From Candidatus Bathyarchaeia archaeon (GTDB taxonomy: Archaea > Thermoproteota > Bathyarchaeia > TCS64): a stretch of DNA of 64,000 nucleotides. Positions 58,913 to 64,000 of the stretch are shown piece by piece. Location of the stretch: positions 1-64,000 of the forward strand of contig JBEKDF010000015.1 in NCBI GenBank assembly GCA_050014495.1, given 5' to 3'. Below the pieces are notes generated by a model. It did not search any database. It was not told the DNA's origin and was given only the letters and a program-made list of their open reading frames with translations. Made by a program: the position numbers and the translations under genes. Numbering within the stretch: position 1 is the stretch's first letter; each line of letters opens with the position of its first letter.

Positions 58913-60334
58913 ATGGAGGTGATGAAGCCTCGGGTGAACCTCGTCTGTACCGAGTGCGGCTACGTATTCCTGAGTGACTCGGGCAAGAACAGATGCGAGA
59001 AGTGTGGTGGCATTCTCGAATATATCTGGGATGAGGAATACCTCAAGACGGTCAAATTTACGGGGGAGCTAAAGTTCTGGAGGTATAAGCCGATCCTCCC
59101 CTCCGTGAAGAAGCCGGTTAGTCTTGGTGAGGGTGGCACTCCTCTACAGGAGGCGCAACGACTGGCAGAGGCCCTCAGCCTGAAGCAACTTGCCCTGAAG
59201 GATGAGACACGGAACCCGACGAACAGCTTTAAGGACCGCTCCGCGGCGCTCATTGTATCAGATGCCTTGGGGAAAGGCTTCAGCTCGCTCGTCTGTGCCA
59301 CGAACGGAAACCATGGGGCATCAGTCGCTGCTTACTCCGCTAAAGCGAACATCGCTTGCCACCTGATCGTCCCGAAGGCTTTAGACATAGGTAAGCTAGC
59401 CCAGATGATGGTCTACAATGCAGAGATTGTCGAATCGGGAGAGATGATCGAGGAATCCATCTCTAGGGCTATCACGCTAGAGGAGGAGATGGGTTGGTAT
59501 CAGGCCACGACCGAGCTCAACCCCTTATCCATAGAGGGGCTTAAGACCATCGCCTACGAGATAGTTGAGCAGAAGGGCGAACCTGACTGGATGTTCGTCG
59601 CCATGGGTAGTGGCGTCACAATCAGCTCACTGTGGAAGGGTTTCAAGGAGTTAGAGACAATGGAGCGTATACGAAAACTCCCGAGGCTCGTGGGCATACA
59701 GGCTAAGGGGTGCTCACCCATTGTCTCAGCCTTTGACACCGGTGAAGATGCCCCGAAGCCCATTGAGCATGGTGAGACAGAGGCGACAGCAATCAGAGTA
59801 TCTCGGCCTATATTCGGAGAGCTCGCACTGAAGGCGCTGAGGGAGTCAAAAGGTTTCGCGGTCACGGTCAGTGACGAAGACATGCTCGCAGCGGGTCGGG
59901 AGATCGCCCGACTCGAAGGCATCTTCGCCGAACCTGCGAGCGCGGCTACAGTGGCAAGTCTAAGCAACTTAGTTAATGCTGGAAAGATCGATCGTAGCGA
60001 CAGGGTAATCTGCTTAATAACGAGTAGCGGACTGAAGACAGACGACATCCTCCAAAGTCTTACCAAACGGAAGAGATCCCAGGGCCTGGGTTCGATGTTG
60101 ACTACAAAGGAGAAGATCCTACGTCACATCTCTAGCGGTGAGACCTACGGCTACGAGATCTGGAAGACCGTTGGGAAGGGTATGACCATCGGAGCCGTTT
60201 ACCAACATATAGCGGATCTAGATGAGAGGGGCCTCATATCGTCTAGTCTACGCGGGAAGCGTAGATACTACGAGATAACGGACAGGGGTAGGAGAACGCT
60301 TTCCGCGTTAGATGACTTACAGGTTCTATTATGA
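58913..60334 (+). CDS. thrC: Threonine synthase with C-terminal PadR-like winged helix
   Basis: LGEGGTP, NPTNSFKDR, EPASAA; C-terminal YGYEIWK...VYQHI..L...RRYYEITDRG. Confidence 0.85.
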   Translation: MEVMKPRVNLVCTECGYVFLSDSGKNRCEKCGGILEYIWDEEYLKTVKFTGELKFWRYKPILPSVKKPVSLGEGGTPLQEAQRLAEALSLKQLALKDETRNPTNSFKDRSAALIVSDALGKGFSSLVCATNGNHGASVAAYSAKANIACHLIVPKALDIGKLAQMMVYNAEIVESGEMIEESISRAITLEEEMGWYQATTELNPLSIEGLKTIAYEIVEQKGEPDWMFVAMGSGVTISSLWKGFKELETMERIRKLPRLVGIQAKGCSPIVSAFDTGEDAPKPIEHGETEATAIRVSRPIFGELALKALRESKGFAVTVSDEDMLAAGREIARLEGIFAEPASAATVASLSNLVNAGKIDRSDRVICLITSSGLKTDDILQSLTKRKRSQGLGSMLTTKEKILRHISSGETYGYEIWKTVGKGMTIGAVYQHIADLDERGLISSSLRGKRRYYEITDRGRRTLSALDDLQVLL

Positions 60335-60340
60335 ACAAAT

Positions 60341-61078
60341 CTAAAGAGATGGTAGATATCGCCTTATTGATTTAATTAAAAGGATTGAAACGACAATGCC
60401 TACAACCATTTGTCCCATATTAATTGGTACTTCAGCTATCGCAATGACTTCAATTTGGAAGAGTGGACCTAAGAAAAAATATTCGTAGATAAAATATCCG
60501 GTAACCATAACTAATCCACCTATTATTACCGAGAAAACATTCCAGCCAATCTCTGGATCATTTTTCCATCCTAACCACGTTAATGAAAGAATTATCACAA
60601 TTGAAAGGATCGCCCAGAAGTACCATGGAATGTTTAGGGTAAAAATCACAGAACCGACTGTGATCCCTACATCACCGCTATAGTAGTTGATACCAAAAAA
60701 CCCCAAAAGTCCTCCTATGCAGAAACCAAGAATGATTGTGAACATTTTCCAAGAAGACGTTGAAAAGTTAGGTTTTTTATTGGATAACCATCCCACAATG
60801 TACCCCTCAGAGCCCTTAATGACCAAAGTGGCAGGAGCATAGTAGGAGTATCCCAACATAAGATCAGCAATTGCTGATCCGACTCCTCCTGCAAAGGCGC
60901 CGGTTATTGGACCAAATAATAACGCTGTGAGAAATACCATCGAGTCACCTATATTAAAAAAACCTCTCGTTGCAGGAACATATACTGAGAATGACATTGT
61001 TACGACTGCTACAAGAGCTGTGAAAAGACCAGTTGTTGCCAACATTCGTGGCGACATTTTTTCTGTCTTCAAGATCAA
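60341..61078 (-). CDS. ECF transporter S component
   Basis: GFFNIGD, GGVGSAIAD, TLVIKG; multiple TM helices. Confidence 0.9.
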   Translation of the reverse strand: MILKTEKMSPRMLATTGLFTALVAVVTMSFSVYVPATRGFFNIGDSMVFLTALLFGPITGAFAGGVGSAIADLMLGYSYYAPATLVIKGSEGYIVGWLSNKKPNFSTSSWKMFTIILGFCIGGLLGFFGINYYSGDVGITVGSVIFTLNIPWYFWAILSIVIILSLTWLGWKNDPEIGWNVFSVIIGGLVMVTGYFIYEYFFLGPLFQIEVIAIAEVPINMGQMVVGIVVSILLIKSIRRYLPSL

Positions 61079-61171
61079 TCACATATAATAGTTTGAACTA
61101 TATTATTATAATTTCGTTTATAATATAAAATATGGGTCACTAGTTAAAAGTCTGAAAACCGAATATAATTT

Positions 61172-62053
61172 ATGTCTTCAGCCGAGAAAGCAGCATCTCT
61201 TCTAACTAAGCTCGATCAGCGTGAGTTTAGGATACTACAGGGTATAGAGCTTGGCATGGCCAAGTACGAGTTCGTCCCCGTGGAGACTATTGAGAAGTAC
61301 TCAGGCTTAGGCTTGGAGGAGGTGAAGCATTGGCTTGGTGAGCTCGACCGGAAGGATCTCGTCTGGAGGCAGTCGGAAGGTTACGTGGGCTTCATTCTCA
61401 ACTACAACAGCTACGATCTTCTCGCCCTGAATGCCCTTGTAAGGGGGGAGATCATCGATGCCCTAGGAATGCCTCTCGGCATGGGAAAGGAAGCCGACGT
61501 CCTCGAAGCACTTACCCCTTCCGGCGAGGGTGTGGCGGTGAAGTTCCACAGGCTCGGGCGGGTTAGCTTCAGGGATACACGGCGGAAGAGGGAGTACCTC
61601 ACGGGGAGGCACCACGTCTCGTGGCTCTACCAGTCGAGGCTCGCTGCTGAGAAGGAGTACACAGCCCTGACTATCGCCTTCCACGCGGGGGTCTCCGTAC
61701 CGAAGCCCATCTACCAGAATAGGCACACCATAGTTATGCAGCGCATCGAAGGGCACCAGTTGAGCGACGTCCCGACCCTGGATAACCCCGAAGTCTACCT
61801 AGACGAGATACTCGTTGACGTTCGCAAGACATATAAGGCCGGGATCATCCACGCCGACCTAAGCGAGTTCAACGTCATAGTCTCCAACGAGGGCGTCGTC
61901 TACATAATCGACTGGCCCCAGTACATCTCCTCGAACCACCCAAATGCTGGGGAGATACTAAATAGGGATGTGAAGAATATCCTCACCTTCTTCCATAGGA
62001 AGTTCAAAGTAGAAAGGAGTCTCGAGGATACGGTACGGGTCATTAAGACTTAG
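61172..62053 (+). CDS. rio2: RIO2-type serine kinase
   Basis: N-terminal wHTH, GMGKEADV, KFHRLG, HADLSEFN, IDWPQ. Confidence 0.93.
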   Translation: MSSAEKAASLLTKLDQREFRILQGIELGMAKYEFVPVETIEKYSGLGLEEVKHWLGELDRKDLVWRQSEGYVGFILNYNSYDLLALNALVRGEIIDALGMPLGMGKEADVLEALTPSGEGVAVKFHRLGRVSFRDTRRKREYLTGRHHVSWLYQSRLAAEKEYTALTIAFHAGVSVPKPIYQNRHTIVMQRIEGHQLSDVPTLDNPEVYLDEILVDVRKTYKAGIIHADLSEFNVIVSNEGVVYIIDWPQYISSNHPNAGEILNRDVKNILTFFHRKFKVERSLEDTVRVIKT

Positions 62054-62262
62054 GGGCGATCTTCGCATCCAGAATCTAGCAACCCTCGCCCTCACCGTAG
62101 ACGAGTATGGAGACGAGGTCCATCTCAGCTATCTCAGGATAGGATCAGACCAACTAGTTTACGTGCAGTATTATCTTCTCACACGTGTAAAAAAATAATA
62201 ATCAACGCAAATTTCTGTGATTTATAAAAATTGTTATAAGATTAAAAATATTTTAATATACT

Positions 62263-62766
62263 TTGATGATTTTGAACTCAAGCAAAGGCGAAATCGATCA
62301 AAGAAAAGAAAATATAAAATTATATGAAAGCTTGAATGATATTATCTCTAAAGGAGATATCGATGCAATTGTTATTGCTAGCAGAACAGGTAAATTATCC
62401 TTAAAAATCGCTGAAAAAGTTAAGGGGGTCAAACTCGTAAGCGTTACAGAGTTTATTTATTCTGATGACATAAAAAAGGAAATGAAAAAGGCTAATGTTA
62501 ACCCAATAGAAAAATCCGATCTACCAATACAGGATAAAACCACCGTTAGAGACACCTTACTAATGTTTGGATCCGGAGTAAAAACGGCTATCGAGGTAGC
62601 CACGATTGCAGCGGATAAAGGGCTAGTAAGTGGTAAAGTAATTTCAATATCTAGTGGGAAAAAAGGAGTAGATACTGCTCTACTTATTAAAACATCTAAA
62701 TCAAACAATATGTTCGACCCGGATCCTGAAAAGAGATTGGCTGTGATAGATTTTCTAGTCTTTTAA
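62263..62766 (+). CDS. Pyruvate kinase C-terminal alpha/beta-like domain protein
   Basis: VIASRTG, FGSGVKTAIEV, GVDTA. Confidence 0.75.
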   Translation: MMILNSSKGEIDQRKENIKLYESLNDIISKGDIDAIVIASRTGKLSLKIAEKVKGVKLVSVTEFIYSDDIKKEMKKANVNPIEKSDLPIQDKTTVRDTLLMFGSGVKTAIEVATIAADKGLVSGKVISISSGKKGVDTALLIKTSKSNNMFDPDPEKRLAVIDFLVF

Positions 62767-62832
62767 AAAAAATAGCATTCAAATATTTTTGTACATAACA
62801 TTTTTTATCTTTGAGCTATAAGATATGAACAT

Positions 62833-63417
62833 ATGATTCTAGGATTCTGTGGAAGTCCACGATCTGGTGCTACAGAATATGTGATAAAAGAGGCCCTGCG
62901 GATAATCGAAATGAAGGGCTATAAAACAGAATTTTATACAATTAAGGATAAAGACATAAGATACTGTACCCATTGTGATTATTGCCTCCAAAAAAGAGGT
63001 TGTATTTTAAACGATGATATGGGTTTATTATACGAACTTTTGAAAGAGGCAGAAGGAATAATCATAGGATCTCCTGTTTATAATGGTGGAATTACTGCTC
63101 AAACGAAGGCTGTATTAGATAGAACTAGATCACTTGTCGCCGCTAATCCCAAAGTATTTGAAGGAAAAAAGGGAATTGCTGTTGCTATAGGCGGAGATAG
63201 AATAGGTGGACAGGAGCTGGCAATTCAGCAGATCATAACTTTCTATCTTTTGAATGGCATCATCCCTTTAAGTGGAGGTTTTTTTGGAGCCAATATTGGC
63301 GCAACTTTCTGGTCGAAAGATACGCTTGAAGGCGTAATGGAGGACGAGGAAGGCTTCAGAACCTTAAGAAAGACAATTAAAAGATTCATAGAATATTTAC
63401 AAATAAAAGAGGCTTAG
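62833..63417 (+). CDS. Iron-sulfur flavoprotein / flavodoxin family
   Basis: GSPR, CTHCDYC...C, GSPVY. Confidence 0.9.
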   Translation: MILGFCGSPRSGATEYVIKEALRIIEMKGYKTEFYTIKDKDIRYCTHCDYCLQKRGCILNDDMGLLYELLKEAEGIIIGSPVYNGGITAQTKAVLDRTRSLVAANPKVFEGKKGIAVAIGGDRIGGQELAIQQIITFYLLNGIIPLSGGFFGANIGATFWSKDTLEGVMEDEEGFRTLRKTIKRFIEYLQIKEA

Positions 63418-63433
63418 AAAAGGAGGATTACCG

Positions 63434-64000
63434 ATGAAAGAGGATAAACCCAAAGTCGCATGGGGGATCACCGGCAGTGGAGATAAACTAAAAGAAACCA
63501 TTGAAATCATGACGAATCTGAAAGAAAAGTATGGAGAAAAGGTAGAGATCGAAGTTTTCCTCTCAAGGGCCGCGGAGCAGGTCGCAAAGTATTATAAGAT
63601 TTATGAAAGACTCCACATGGATTTTTCTAGTGTTTGGGTGGAAGAGAACGCGAACAAACCTTTCCTGGTGGGGCGTATACAGCTCGGTGAATTTAGATTC
63701 TTCCTCGTGGCTCCTGCAACATCAAACACTGTCGCTAAAATAGCGTACGGAATCTCAGATACATTAGTCACGAATAGTGTTATACAGGCTTTGAAGATCT
63801 CCCTGCCGGTGTATATAATGCCTTGCGACTACTATGAAGGAGAAACAACAACTACTCTACCCAGCGGCAGGAGTCTGAAATTGAGGGTTAGAAAAGAAGA
63901 CGCCGACAACGTGAGATTGCTCGAGAGCATGGAAGGCCTCAAGCTTTTTGAGAGTCCTGAGGAGATCGTTGATATCTTCAAAGGAGAGCTGGGTCCAGTA
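63434..64000 (+). CDS. afpA: Archaeoflavoprotein AfpA-like (runs off window end)
   Basis: VAWGITGSG, APATSNTVAKI, PCDY; GGAGG RBS. Confidence 0.8.
   Translation, partial: MKEDKPKVAWGITGSGDKLKETIEIMTNLKEKYGEKVEIEVFLSRAAEQVAKYYKIYERLHMDFSSVWVEENANKPFLVGRIQLGEFRFFLVAPATSNTVAKIAYGISDTLVTNSVIQALKISLPVYIMPCDYYEGETTTTLPSGRSLKLRVRKEDADNVRLLESMEGLKLFESPEEIVDIFKGELGPV

Overview
Archaeal chromosomal window (archaeal-type r-proteins, RpoE1/Spt4/RpoK, class I LysRS, EndA, NucS, tetraether synthase; most likely a TACK archaeon such as Bathyarchaeia, which is an inference). From 9.4 kb to 64 kb it is mostly core genome: the rpoE1-spt4-S24e-S27ae operon, the large L3...secY ribosomal protein cluster, tRNA-Thr(GGT), a C/D-box guide RNA, and amino-acid, lipid and repair genes. 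The first ~9.3 kb is an accessory region. It is a tandem array of unrelated, mostly single-gene modules, each bounded by a directly repeated ~41-42 bp site (consensus AWTCACTG-N7/8-TCAGGTGGAAGTGAGGATAAGGCTAT; 9 recognisable copies). Next to it lies a tyrosine recombinase gene now broken by two in-frame nonsense codons. The layout is integron-like, but the site is not an attC and the recombinase does not look like IntI. It is therefore a candidate for an undescribed archaeal gene-cassette capture system, whose array may continue past the left edge. All product calls come from motif recognition by eye; no database searches were run.
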